Source of the DNA: an uncultured Dehalococcoidia bacterium
Lineage (GTDB): Bacteria > Chloroflexota > Dehalococcoidia > Lucifugimonadales > GCA-2712585
NCBI GenBank assembly: GCA_964418665.1
Contig: CAYQLZ010000010.1
Coordinates: 14,723-78,722 of the forward strand
Length of the DNA: 64,000 bases
Direction of reading: 5' to 3'
Every line of letters begins with the position of its first letter. Position 1 is the stretch's first letter. This document shows positions 8,625 through 17,428 of this stretch, one piece after another. A program made the translations under genes and the position numbers. Below the pieces are notes generated by a model. The model was not told the DNA's origin. It did no database searches and worked only from the letters and a program-made list of their open reading frames with translations.

Positions 8625-9764
8625 CTACGGGCTTTGCTCCAATTCGTCCTCAGGTGTCGTATTTGCCTCTTCCAAAGCCTCCACGGGCAGCCGACGCTGC
8701 TGGCGCAGCTCTTCAATCTTCCTCAACGGACGCTCCAAAGCGCGGCTCCGGGTCCCCCTCACCTGCTCGAAGGCCCTCTGCGTGGAATCCAGCCGCGTGC
8801 CCAGGGTCGTCACGCTCTGCTGGTACCTCTGCCACTGTTCGTTGAAGGCGCCCATCAGGGAGATTATCTCGTTGGAAGTCTGCTCCATGGCGAAGTTGTC
8901 CACCGCCTGCCTCACCACCGCCAGCACGCAATACAATGTGGAAGGCGAACACCAGATGACCTTGCTCTTCATCGCGTCGTCCAGCAGGCTGGGATCGTTC
9001 TCGTGAATGAAGGAATAAACGCTTTCGTTGGGTATGAACAGCAGCACGTAGTCCAGCGTCCCCTGGGAGGTGTCCACGTAACCCCGGCTGCTGACCTCCT
9101 TCACCTTCAGCCTCACGTCCCTGAGAAAAGCCGAGCGGTCCGAGTCGTCTTCCGATTCCAGGTATCGGACGTAATTGTCCAGGGGGAACTTCACGTCCAT
9201 GTTCAGCTTCTCGCCCCTCGGCAGCAGGAAGGTGAAGTCCGGCCGCGTTCCGTTTGCACCCATGGTTTCCTGCTTCCGATAGTTCACCCCTTCCCGCAAC
9301 CCCATCATCTGAAAGATATCCTCCGCCATCCGCTCGCCCCACTGACCCCGCGCCCGAGAACTCGCCAATGCCTCCCTAAGTGTTCCCGTCGACGCTGTAA
9401 GAGCCGCCGCCTGCTCCCCCACGTTTCTTATCTGTTCTGCAATCTGGCCGAATTTGGCCTCTCTGTCCTTCTCGATCCCCCTCACCAGGTCCGACACCCT
9501 GGTTAGCTCGGCCCTGATGTTATACAGCTGCTGATCTATCAGAGCTTTCTTGCCCTCCAGCTCCTGCGAACCTGCCGAAGAATGGCGGGCCAGCTCCCGC
9601 TCCAATTCTTCCCTCGACTCCCTCAAGGCCGTCTGCGCCAGGCTCTGAAACTCCAGCTTCAGCCGGTCATCCATCGCCTCCGACTTGTCGCGGCTGAGAA
9701 GCAGAAAAACCACTCCCACCAACGCCACAACCGCCACCCCAAGTACGATAGCCACAATCTCCAT
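8625..9764 (-). CDS. rmuC: DNA recombination protein RmuC
   Basis: N-terminal TM helix, long coiled coil, then the RmuC core (DFTFLLPRGEKLNMDVKFPLDNY...YVLLFIPNESVYSF...VIWCSPSTL). ATG 9764 is chosen because GAGGGGG lies 5 nt upstream; the track start GTG 9770 is also possible. Confidence 0.85.
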   Translation of the reverse strand: MEIVAIVLGVAVVALVGVVFLLLSRDKSEAMDDRLKLEFQSLAQTALRESREELERELARHSSAGSQELEGKKALIDQQLYNIRAELTRVSDLVRGIEKDREAKFGQIAEQIRNVGEQAAALTASTGTLREALASSRARGQWGERMAEDIFQMMGLREGVNYRKQETMGANGTRPDFTFLLPRGEKLNMDVKFPLDNYVRYLESEDDSDRSAFLRDVRLKVKEVSSRGYVDTSQGTLDYVLLFIPNESVYSFIHENDPSLLDDAMKSKVIWCSPSTLYCVLAVVRQAVDNFAMEQTSNEIISLMGAFNEQWQRYQQSVTTLGTRLDSTQRAFEQVRGTRSRALERPLRKIEELRQQRRLPVEALEEANTTPEDELEQSP

Positions 9765-9803
9765 TTGCACCCCCTCAGTTCATCGTCGACAACCCCATCC
9801 CCC

Positions 9804-11492
9804 TCACCCCGTCACCGCACCCTCCGACGCCGACGACACCAGTTTGGCGTACTTGGCCAGCGCTCCCGTCGGGTACTGCGTCTTCCGCGGCTTCCACGCC
9901 GCCCGCCGACGCTCCAACTCCTCCTCCGAAAGCTCCACGTCCAGCCGACGATTAGGCACGTCCACCACCACCGTGTCGCCGGTCTCCACCAGCGCGATAT
10001 TCCCGCCTACCATCGCCTCCGGCGCCACGTGTCCCACCATCAGCCCGTGAGTCGCGCCCGAAAATCTTCCATCCGTCATCAGCGCCACCTCTTCTCCCAA
10101 CCCCTGGCCCATCAGCGCCCCCGTCACCGTAAGCATCTCCCGCATCCCGGGACCTCCCTTCGGCCCCTCGTACCGGATGACCACCACGTCGCCGGCCTTG
10201 ATCTCCTGGGCCTGCACCGCCGCGAATGCGTCCTCTTCCCTGTCGAAGACCTTCGCAGGCCCCCGCTGGTACAGGTGCTGCTTGCCCGCGACTTTCACCA
10301 CCGCCCCCTCCGACGCCAGGTTGCCTTTCAAGATCGCCATGCCCCCAGTCATCCCCAGGGGAGACTCCACAGCGGCAACAATCTTCTGTTCCCCGCCACC
10401 GGCGTCTACTTCCTTCAGGTTCTCCTCCAGCGTCCGGCCCGTCGCCGTCAGCACGTCGCCGTGCAGCAGTCCCGCATCCAGCAGCCGTTTCATCACCAAC
10501 GACACCCCACCCACCCGGTGCAGGTCCGCCATCACATATTTGCCCCCCGGCTTCATGTCCGTGATGTACGGCGTCTTCTGGCTGATTTCGTCGAAGTCCT
10601 CGATGGACAACGGGACCTCCGCCTCCCGGGCGATTGCCAGCAGATGCAGCACCGCGTTGGTCGAACCGCCCATGGCCATCACCAACGTGATCGCGTTCTC
10701 GAAGGCCTCCTTCGTCATTATGTCCCGAGGGCGAATACCCTTCTCCATCAGGTTCAGAAGGGCCTCGCCCGCAGCCGCAGCCGCTTCATCCTTGCGCGGG
10801 TCCAGCGCCGGTATCGAAGCATCCCCAGGCAGGGCCATTCCCATCGCTTCAATTGCCGACGACATCGTATTGGCCGTGAACAAACCTGCGCAGGAACCCG
10901 CACCCGGACACGCCGAGCATTCCACGTCGTGAAGCTCATCCCGGCTGATACTGCCCTTGGAATAGGCACCCACAGCCTCAAACACGTCCTGAATGTTGAT
11001 GTCCCGACCCCTGTGCCTGCCGGGCATTATCGTGCCCCCGAATACGTGGATCGCCGGTATGTTCAGCCGCGCTGCCGCCATCATCGTTCCTGGCATATTC
11101 TTGTCGCAGCCCGCCACCACCACCAGTCCGTCGAATCCCTCGGCGAAGGACACAAGCTCGATGGAATCGGCGATGACCTCGCGGCTCACCAACGAAGCCT
11201 TCATCCCCTGGGTGCCCATCGAAACCGCGTCGCTGACCGTCAGCGTGCCGAACTCGAAGGGCGTACCCCCCGCCTCCGCGATTCCCCGACGCACTGCCTG
11301 CACCACCCGATACAGATGCACGTTGCAGGGCGTAACGTCGCTGGCCAGGTTGGACACCCCCACAAAGGGCTGCTCCAGCTCCTTGTCTCCAAGCCCAACC
11401 GCCCTCAGCATCGCCCGCGCGGGGGCCCTGTCCGGCCCGTCCATTATCACGCTGCTGCGTGCCCTTATGTTAACTTTGCCATTTCCACTCAT
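9804..11492 (-). CDS. ilvD: dihydroxy-acid dehydratase (IlvD/Edd family)
   Basis: 562 aa. Motifs: [75 protein letters not shown] before the ATG. Confidence 0.9.
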   Translation of the reverse strand: MSGNGKVNIRARSSVIMDGPDRAPARAMLRAVGLGDKELEQPFVGVSNLASDVTPCNVHLYRVVQAVRRGIAEAGGTPFEFGTLTVSDAVSMGTQGMKASLVSREVIADSIELVSFAEGFDGLVVVAGCDKNMPGTMMAAARLNIPAIHVFGGTIMPGRHRGRDINIQDVFEAVGAYSKGSISRDELHDVECSACPGAGSCAGLFTANTMSSAIEAMGMALPGDASIPALDPRKDEAAAAAGEALLNLMEKGIRPRDIMTKEAFENAITLVMAMGGSTNAVLHLLAIAREAEVPLSIEDFDEISQKTPYITDMKPGGKYVMADLHRVGGVSLVMKRLLDAGLLHGDVLTATGRTLEENLKEVDAGGGEQKIVAAVESPLGMTGGMAILKGNLASEGAVVKVAGKQHLYQRGPAKVFDREEDAFAAVQAQEIKAGDVVVIRYEGPKGGPGMREMLTVTGALMGQGLGEEVALMTDGRFSGATHGLMVGHVAPEAMVGGNIALVETGDTVVVDVPNRRLDVELSEEELERRRAAWKPRKTQYPTGALAKYAKLVSSASEGAVTG

Positions 11493-11618
11493 GCCTATCT
11501 CCTACACAATTACTAATCCAATTATAGGCGTACCCCAAATGCGAAACAACGACGCTTAACATACCCAATGCACACGCCTTCATATATAATGGCCCAAAAT
11601 TTGAGCCCAGGAGACGAT

Positions 11619-12602
11619 ATGTCCAGACCCAAAGTCTTCATCGCCCGCAGCATCTTCCAGGAAGCCATCGACATGATATCCGCCGAGGCCGACGTAGAAC
11701 TCTGGCCCGACGAACTCCCCCCTCCCTACGATACCCTCCTCGAAAAAGTCGCCAACGTCGACGGCCTCCTCTGCCTCCTGACCGACAAAGTCGACGCCCA
11801 ACTCATGGACGCCGCTCCCAATCTGCGTTCCATAAGCCAGATAGCCGTCGGCTTCGAGAACATCGACGTTGATGAAGCGACACGACGCGGCATCCCGGTC
11901 GGCTACACCCCGGGCGTCCTGACCGGCACCACCGCCGACATGGCCTTCGCCCTGCTCATGGCCGCCGCCCGCCGCCTCGTCGAGGGCGCCGAAGCCGTGA
12001 AGGCGGGCAAATGGAAGACATGGCATCCCCTCCACTACCTGGGGCCGGACGTTTTCGGCGGCACCCTCGGCATCCTCGGCATGGGCCGCATCGGCCTCGA
12101 AATGGCCAAGCGCGCCCAGGGCTTCGACATGCCCATCCTCTACCACGACGTGTACCGTCGTCCCGAGGAAGTCGAGAAGCAGTACAACATGACCTACGCC
12201 CCAATAGACACCGTCCTGAGGGAGTCCGACTTCGTGAGCGTCCACGTCAACCTCACCCCGGACACATACCACCTCATCGGCAACCACGAGCTTCACCTCA
12301 TGAAGTCCAACGCCGTCCTGGTAAACGCCGCTCGCGGCCCCGTCATCGACCCCACAGCCCTCTATGTCGCACTTAAAGAAGGCGAGATCGGGTTCGCAGC
12401 CCTCGACGTCACGGAACCCGAACCCATTACCATGGACGACCCCCTCCTCACCCTGGACAACTGCATCATCGTGCCACACATCGCCAGCGCCAGCGTGCCA
12501 ACACGGCTGCAGATGTCCACCATGGCCGCCGAGAACCTCCTGGCCGGCCTGAACGGCACCCCCATGCCCAACTGCGTCAATCCCAAAGTCTACAAGGGAT
12601 AA
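11619..12602 (+). CDS. D-2-hydroxyacid dehydrogenase (glyoxylate/hydroxypyruvate reductase-like)
   Basis: GILGMGRIGLEMAKRA NAD-binding motif, NAARGPVID, PHIASAS. Start at ATG 11619 with AGGAGA 5 nt upstream. Confidence 0.85.
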   Translation: MSRPKVFIARSIFQEAIDMISAEADVELWPDELPPPYDTLLEKVANVDGLLCLLTDKVDAQLMDAAPNLRSISQIAVGFENIDVDEATRRGIPVGYTPGVLTGTTADMAFALLMAAARRLVEGAEAVKAGKWKTWHPLHYLGPDVFGGTLGILGMGRIGLEMAKRAQGFDMPILYHDVYRRPEEVEKQYNMTYAPIDTVLRESDFVSVHVNLTPDTYHLIGNHELHLMKSNAVLVNAARGPVIDPTALYVALKEGEIGFAALDVTEPEPITMDDPLLTLDNCIIVPHIASASVPTRLQMSTMAAENLLAGLNGTPMPNCVNPKVYKG

Positions 12603-12624
12603 GCAGGCCCACGATTTCCACGCT

Positions 12625-13605
12625 ATGAATAAGCCAAAGGCCCTCGTCACCCGCGCCATCCCCCAGGAGGCCCTCGACCTCGTCGCCGCCCACGCCGTCA
12701 TGGAAGTGTGGCCCCACGACGCCCCCCCGGACCATGACACCCTCCGCCGTCTCTCCGTCAACGTCGACGGCATCCTTACCAACATCATGGACCGGATAGA
12801 CGCAGACCTCTTTGACGCTGCCCCCGAACTCAAAGTGGTTAGCCAGATGGCCGTAGGCTTGGATAACGTGGACGTGGCGGAAGCGACCCGCCGTCGCATT
12901 CCCGTGGGATATACGCCGGGCGTGGTCTCGAACGCCACCGCCGACCAGGCCTTCGCCCTCCTCCTTGCCGCCGCCCGCCGCCTCACCGAGGCCGAACGCT
13001 GGGTGCGAAAGGGCGACTGGAAGATCGCCTTTCATCCCCTCTTCTGGCTCGGTGCGGAAGTCCACCAGGCTACTATCGGCATCATCGGCATGGGGAGCAT
13101 CGGCTTGGAGATGGCCAAACGCGCCCGCGGTTTCGACATGCGCATCCTCTACTACAGCCGCACCCGCAAGCCGGAGGCAGAGGCACAGTACGAAATGCAA
13201 TTCGTGGATCTGCCTACCCTTCTGGCCCAGTCCGACTTCGTCAGCCTCCACGTCCCTCTCACCCCCGATACCCACCACCTCATAAGTTCCGATGAGTTGG
13301 CCCGAATGAAGCCGACGGCAATCCTCGTTAACGCCGCCCGCGGGCCTGTTGTCGACCCATTGGCCCTCTACGACGCCCTCAAGGGGAAGAAAATCGCGGC
13401 GGCCGCCCTAGACGTCACCTCCCCCGAACCCATCGACCCCGCCGATCCCCTCCTGACCCTCGAAAACCTGGTGGTCGCGCCCCATCTGGGAAGTTCCACC
13501 GTGGGCACGCGCACGCGGATGGCCGTCCTCGCCGCCCAAAACCTCATCGCCGGCCTTGAAGGTCGTCCCCTCCCCCGCTGCGCCAATCCGCAAATCTACA
13601 TCTAG
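12625..13605 (+). CDS. D-2-hydroxyacid dehydrogenase, tandem paralogue
   Basis: Same architecture as the upstream gene (GIIGMGSIGLEMAKRA, NAARGPVVD, PHLGSST), 22 nt downstream of it. Confidence 0.85.
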   Translation: MNKPKALVTRAIPQEALDLVAAHAVMEVWPHDAPPDHDTLRRLSVNVDGILTNIMDRIDADLFDAAPELKVVSQMAVGLDNVDVAEATRRRIPVGYTPGVVSNATADQAFALLLAAARRLTEAERWVRKGDWKIAFHPLFWLGAEVHQATIGIIGMGSIGLEMAKRARGFDMRILYYSRTRKPEAEAQYEMQFVDLPTLLAQSDFVSLHVPLTPDTHHLISSDELARMKPTAILVNAARGPVVDPLALYDALKGKKIAAAALDVTSPEPIDPADPLLTLENLVVAPHLGSSTVGTRTRMAVLAAQNLIAGLEGRPLPRCANPQIYI

Positions 13606-13651
13606 TTCTCCCCCTTCCAATACTCCCCCTGATGCTCTATCATCCCCCTGC

Positions 13652-14566
13652 ATGAACGACTACGTCATCCAGACCGAAGGGCTCACCAAACGCTACGGCA
13701 ACATCCTAGCCGTGGACAATCTCTCCATACAGGTCAAACGCGGCCACGTCTACGGCCTCCTCGGCCCCAACGGCTCTGGTAAGACCACCACCATGGGCAT
13801 GCTCCTCGGCCTCTTGACGCCCACCTCCGGCGCTTTCTCTCTATTTGGAGAAACCGACAACCTGGAAGCCTCCCTCCGTCGCATCGGGGCAGTCATCGAG
13901 ACCCCCTCCTTCTATCCCTACCTCTCCGGTCGTAGAAATCTCGCCTACTTCCAGGGCATTTCCCAGCGCGGCACCCCCGACGAACTGGACCGCCTTCTCG
14001 ACCAGGTGGGCCTCGCAGACCGCGCCGATTCCAAGTTCAACACCTACTCCATGGGTATGAGGCAGCGCCTCGGCCTTGCTTACTCCCTCCTCGGCGACCC
14101 CGACATCGTCATTCTCGACGAACCCACCAACGGCCTCGACCCCGAGGGCATGATCGAAGTCAGGGAGCTTATACGAAGCCTCGGCGACGGTCAGCGCACC
14201 GTGCTCCTCTCCAGCCACCTGCTCAACGAGGTCGAGCAGGTCTGCGACAGCGTCACCATCCTCTCCAAGGGCAAACTCATCGCCCAGGGTTCCGTTGCCG
14301 AACTCACCCATTCCATCGGTAAGGAACAGGTGCGAATGAAGACCACCGACAATGCCAAAGCACAGAGTATCCTCACCGGTCTGGAGTGGGTCGGGGAAGT
14401 CACCTGCAATGATGGCGCCCTTATCGTCACCGCTCCCGTGGAGCGCACCGCCGAACTCTCCGCCGCCCTTGCCCACGAAGAAGTCTACCTCGCCGAACTG
14501 GTACCCATCGCGACCTCCCTGGAAGAATACTTCCTCCAGGTCACAGGCGAAAACGAAGAGGCCTGA
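13652..14566 (+). CDS. ABC transporter ATP-binding protein
   Basis: Walker A GPNGSGKTT, signature YSMGMRQR, Walker B IVILDEPTNGLD. Start at ATG 13652 (MNDYVIQTEGLTKRYG); the track start 13556 overlaps the previous gene. Confidence 0.9.
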   Translation: MNDYVIQTEGLTKRYGNILAVDNLSIQVKRGHVYGLLGPNGSGKTTTMGMLLGLLTPTSGAFSLFGETDNLEASLRRIGAVIETPSFYPYLSGRRNLAYFQGISQRGTPDELDRLLDQVGLADRADSKFNTYSMGMRQRLGLAYSLLGDPDIVILDEPTNGLDPEGMIEVRELIRSLGDGQRTVLLSSHLLNEVEQVCDSVTILSKGKLIAQGSVAELTHSIGKEQVRMKTTDNAKAQSILTGLEWVGEVTCNDGALIVTAPVERTAELSAALAHEEVYLAELVPIATSLEEYFLQVTGENEEA

Positions 14567-15615
14567 TGCCAAACCAGATTCTCGGCATTGTCCGCTGGGA
14601 ATGGTTCAAAATCCGGAGACGCTGGCTTCCCTGGATCCTACTGGCCATTGCAGTCCTCCTGTCCCAAGCCCTTCTCTGGGGTTTCTATGCCGCGTTTCAC
14701 GTCACCGGTGGCGCCGTCGGCGACCTTATCCCCGCTTATCAGTATGCAAGCAATCAGGGGCCCATCGAAATAACCTGCGCCGACCTTCTTGAAGAAAGCG
14801 TCATGGAGCAGAAAGTCTCCGGACTCTCTGTCCCGGAACAGGACGAATTCTTCACCGGTCTTCAGGATTGGACTCCCTCATGCGAAGGCTACGCCACACC
14901 GGATGAAAGCCGCGGCTTTTTTACCCTGCCCGCCGGCGCTGTTTTGTCCCTCTTCTTCCTCTTCAACTTCGATGGCGGCGCCTTCGGCATAATCCTGCTG
15001 CTCATCCTTGCAGCCTCCATTACGGGCTCCGAGTACGGATGGGGTACCCTTAGGACCTCCATCTCCGGCGGAGTTGGGCGTGTTCCCTTCTTGGCCGGCA
15101 AAATGCTGACCATGGCCCTAATGGGCGTTGGTGCGATCCTCGTTATAGTACTGCTCGCCGCCGTTTCAAGCCTTTTGGCTCAGGTCATCCCTCCCGCCGA
15201 AAACGCCAGTATCGTATTCTCGGAAGGGTGGGGAGACTCTTTCATCTTCATTGGCAAGACCATCTACGCCATCCTGCCTTACCTGGCAATAGCTACATTT
15301 CTCACAATTCTTGTTCAGTCCAGCGCAGCTGGCATCGGCCTTTCCCTCGGATTCATCATAGTGGAATGGATCGTTTTGCCACTTATCCTCAATATCCACG
15401 AATCCCTCGATAAGATAAACGAAGGGCTGCTCAATCGGAACGTGATGGAATGGATGTTTGCTGGCAACACCCAGGCAGCGGAGAATCTGGGCTTGGGCCG
15501 CGAAGCCGACACTCTCCAGGGCTTCTTCGTTATACTGGCCTACATCGTCGTTTTCACCGCCGCCGCCTTCTGGCTCTTCCTCCGCCGGGACATCACTGGC
15601 GCCAAAGGCAGCTAG
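14566..15615 (+). CDS. ABC-2 type transporter permease
   Basis: The ATG overlaps the TGA of the ATPase gene (TGATG). Multi-TM hydrophobic protein with a large first external loop. Confidence 0.7.
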   Translation: MPNQILGIVRWEWFKIRRRWLPWILLAIAVLLSQALLWGFYAAFHVTGGAVGDLIPAYQYASNQGPIEITCADLLEESVMEQKVSGLSVPEQDEFFTGLQDWTPSCEGYATPDESRGFFTLPAGAVLSLFFLFNFDGGAFGIILLLILAASITGSEYGWGTLRTSISGGVGRVPFLAGKMLTMALMGVGAILVIVLLAAVSSLLAQVIPPAENASIVFSEGWGDSFIFIGKTIYAILPYLAIATFLTILVQSSAAGIGLSLGFIIVEWIVLPLILNIHESLDKINEGLLNRNVMEWMFAGNTQAAENLGLGREADTLQGFFVILAYIVVFTAAAFWLFLRRDITGAKGS

Positions 15616-15691
15616 CCGGGATCCTCCTCCGTTCACCTCCCTCCTTTCAGTTTGTAATCCCCTGGCCCGTTGTCCGCTGATTTCCTGTATC

Positions 15692-17428
15692 ATGGCCCCA
15701 CTCATGACATCATACCCTTCCGGAGACCCAAAGCCCTCCCTCAAGGATCTGCCTCGTTCCCAGCGGAGCATCGTCCGCGCATGGTGCATGTACGACTGGG
15801 CGAATTCAGCATTCGCCACCAGCGGCGTCGCAGCCATCATCCCCGTCTACTTCGTCTTCCTGTTCAAAGAGTCCCTCGGCGAAGAGGCCATGTTCCTTGG
15901 CGTCACCTTCACAGGCAGCTCTGTCTGGAGCCTGGCAATTACTGTCTCCGTCCTCACCGTCGCCCTCACCTCCCCCCTGCTGGGAGTAATCTCCGATCGC
16001 GTCCCCATCAAGAAGACCCTCCTCTGGGTCTTCACCATCGTAGGCAGCCTCTTCGTCATTCTGATGTTCTTCTCGGCCTACACCGGCCATCCCTGGGCCT
16101 GGCTCCTGGGCGCCTTCATACTCGCCACCGTCGGTTTCACCGGCAGCCTTGTCTTCTACAACGCCCTCCTCCCCCACGTAGCTCCCCGTCACCTCTGGGA
16201 CGACGTTAGCAGCCGGGGCTTTGCCTACGGGTACGCAGGCGGCGGCATCCTTCTCGTCGTCCACCTGGTCGTCATACTCATCGCCCAGGACACCTCCTAC
16301 GAGGATCTCGCCGCCCGCGCCGCCATCGCCTCCACCGGCGTATGGTGGTTCGGCTGGGCAATCTGGACATTCCTCGTCGTCCCCGAACCTCCCATCCTAA
16401 AGCCCGCCCACGGACTCAACCTGTTCTCCGCCGTCTCCCTATCCTTCAGAGAAATTCGAAACACCTTACGCCATCTGAGGCAGTTCAGGGTGGTAATCAA
16501 CTACCTGATGTCCTACCTTCTCTTCAACGACGGTATCCAGACCGTCCTCGTCATCGCCGGAGCCTTCGCCGCAGACACCCTCGGCATCGGTCTGGCCTTC
16601 AACATGGCCACCATCGCTATCATCCAGTTCGTCGCCGTACCGGGCGCCATGTTCTTCAGCAAACTCGCCTACCGCACCTCCACCAAGGCCGCCCTTGGCG
16701 TCTCCCTCATGGCCTGGATTGTCATCGTCCTGTTTGGCGTCGCCCTGGCCCCGTTGACCCCCACAGCCCACTCCGACCATGACTTCCAGCTTGAATTCGA
16801 CAGCGGCGCCAATCAATACCGGGTTGCGGCCGTCCCCGGAAGCTGGGACGAAGACGACACCCTGGAATGGCAGGGTAAACTCTGGGCGCTGCAGCAGGAT
16901 TCGACAATCGCGGCCCAAAACGCCAACGACCTACCTCAGGCCTTTGAGCAATCCGAAGACTTTCAATACAGCCTATCCCTCCAGGATGGCCCCCTCGAGG
17001 GTCGAACGGCCCTGGGCCCCGCCCATTCGTCCATCCTGGGCGACGGACCGCTGGACTGGTGGCCCTCCTTCATACGAAGCACCCTCTGGAAGCCCCTGGG
17101 CATCGACGTCGGCTACCAGTGGCTCATCCTGGGCACCCTGGTAGGACTGATCATCGGCGGCAGTCAGGCCCTTGCCCGCAGCCTCTTCGCCCAAATTACC
17201 CCACCCTCGCGCAGCGGCGAATTCTTCGCCTTCTTCGGCTTCGTCAGCCGCGCCTCCTCCGTCCTGGGCCCCATCCTCTACGTCCTCGGCACATCCCTCA
17301 TCGACACCCGGGCCGCCGTCACCGCCATCCTGCTGATTATCGTCGCCGGTGCCATCCTGCTTCGACGCGTCGACGTGGAAGAAGGCATCCGAACCGCCCA
17401 GGCCGTAGAGCCGGACCCGCCCCCCTAA
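15692..17428 (+). CDS. MFS transporter, UMF1/Atg22-like family
   Basis: RAWCMYDWANSAFATSG N-terminal signature and many TM helices. Start at ATG 15692; the track start 15458 overlaps the permease gene. A hydrophilic insert of ~110 aa sits between the two halves. Confidence 0.75.
   Translation: MAPLMTSYPSGDPKPSLKDLPRSQRSIVRAWCMYDWANSAFATSGVAAIIPVYFVFLFKESLGEEAMFLGVTFTGSSVWSLAITVSVLTVALTSPLLGVISDRVPIKKTLLWVFTIVGSLFVILMFFSAYTGHPWAWLLGAFILATVGFTGSLVFYNALLPHVAPRHLWDDVSSRGFAYGYAGGGILLVVHLVVILIAQDTSYEDLAARAAIASTGVWWFGWAIWTFLVVPEPPILKPAHGLNLFSAVSLSFREIRNTLRHLRQFRVVINYLMSYLLFNDGIQTVLVIAGAFAADTLGIGLAFNMATIAIIQFVAVPGAMFFSKLAYRTSTKAALGVSLMAWIVIVLFGVALAPLTPTAHSDHDFQLEFDSGANQYRVAAVPGSWDEDDTLEWQGKLWALQQDSTIAAQNANDLPQAFEQSEDFQYSLSLQDGPLEGRTALGPAHSSILGDGPLDWWPSFIRSTLWKPLGIDVGYQWLILGTLVGLIIGGSQALARSLFAQITPPSRSGEFFAFFGFVSRASSVLGPILYVLGTSLIDTRAAVTAILLIIVAGAILLRRVDVEEGIRTAQAVEPDPPP

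Noticed and set aside
8448-9506. 352-aa plus-strand ORF
   Set aside because: It is antisense to rmuC and has low-complexity Leu/Pro/His/Arg composition.
9582-11516. 644-aa plus-strand ORF, the longest in this area
   Set aside because: It lies antisense to rmuC and ilvD, which have clear family motifs and RBSs. Its product is Arg/His/Pro/Leu-rich low complexity, typical of shadow ORFs in high-GC DNA.
11580-12986. 468-aa minus-strand ORF
   Set aside because: It is antisense to the two 2-hydroxyacid dehydrogenase genes. The product is Gly/Ala/Val/Asp-rich with no motifs; shadow ORF.
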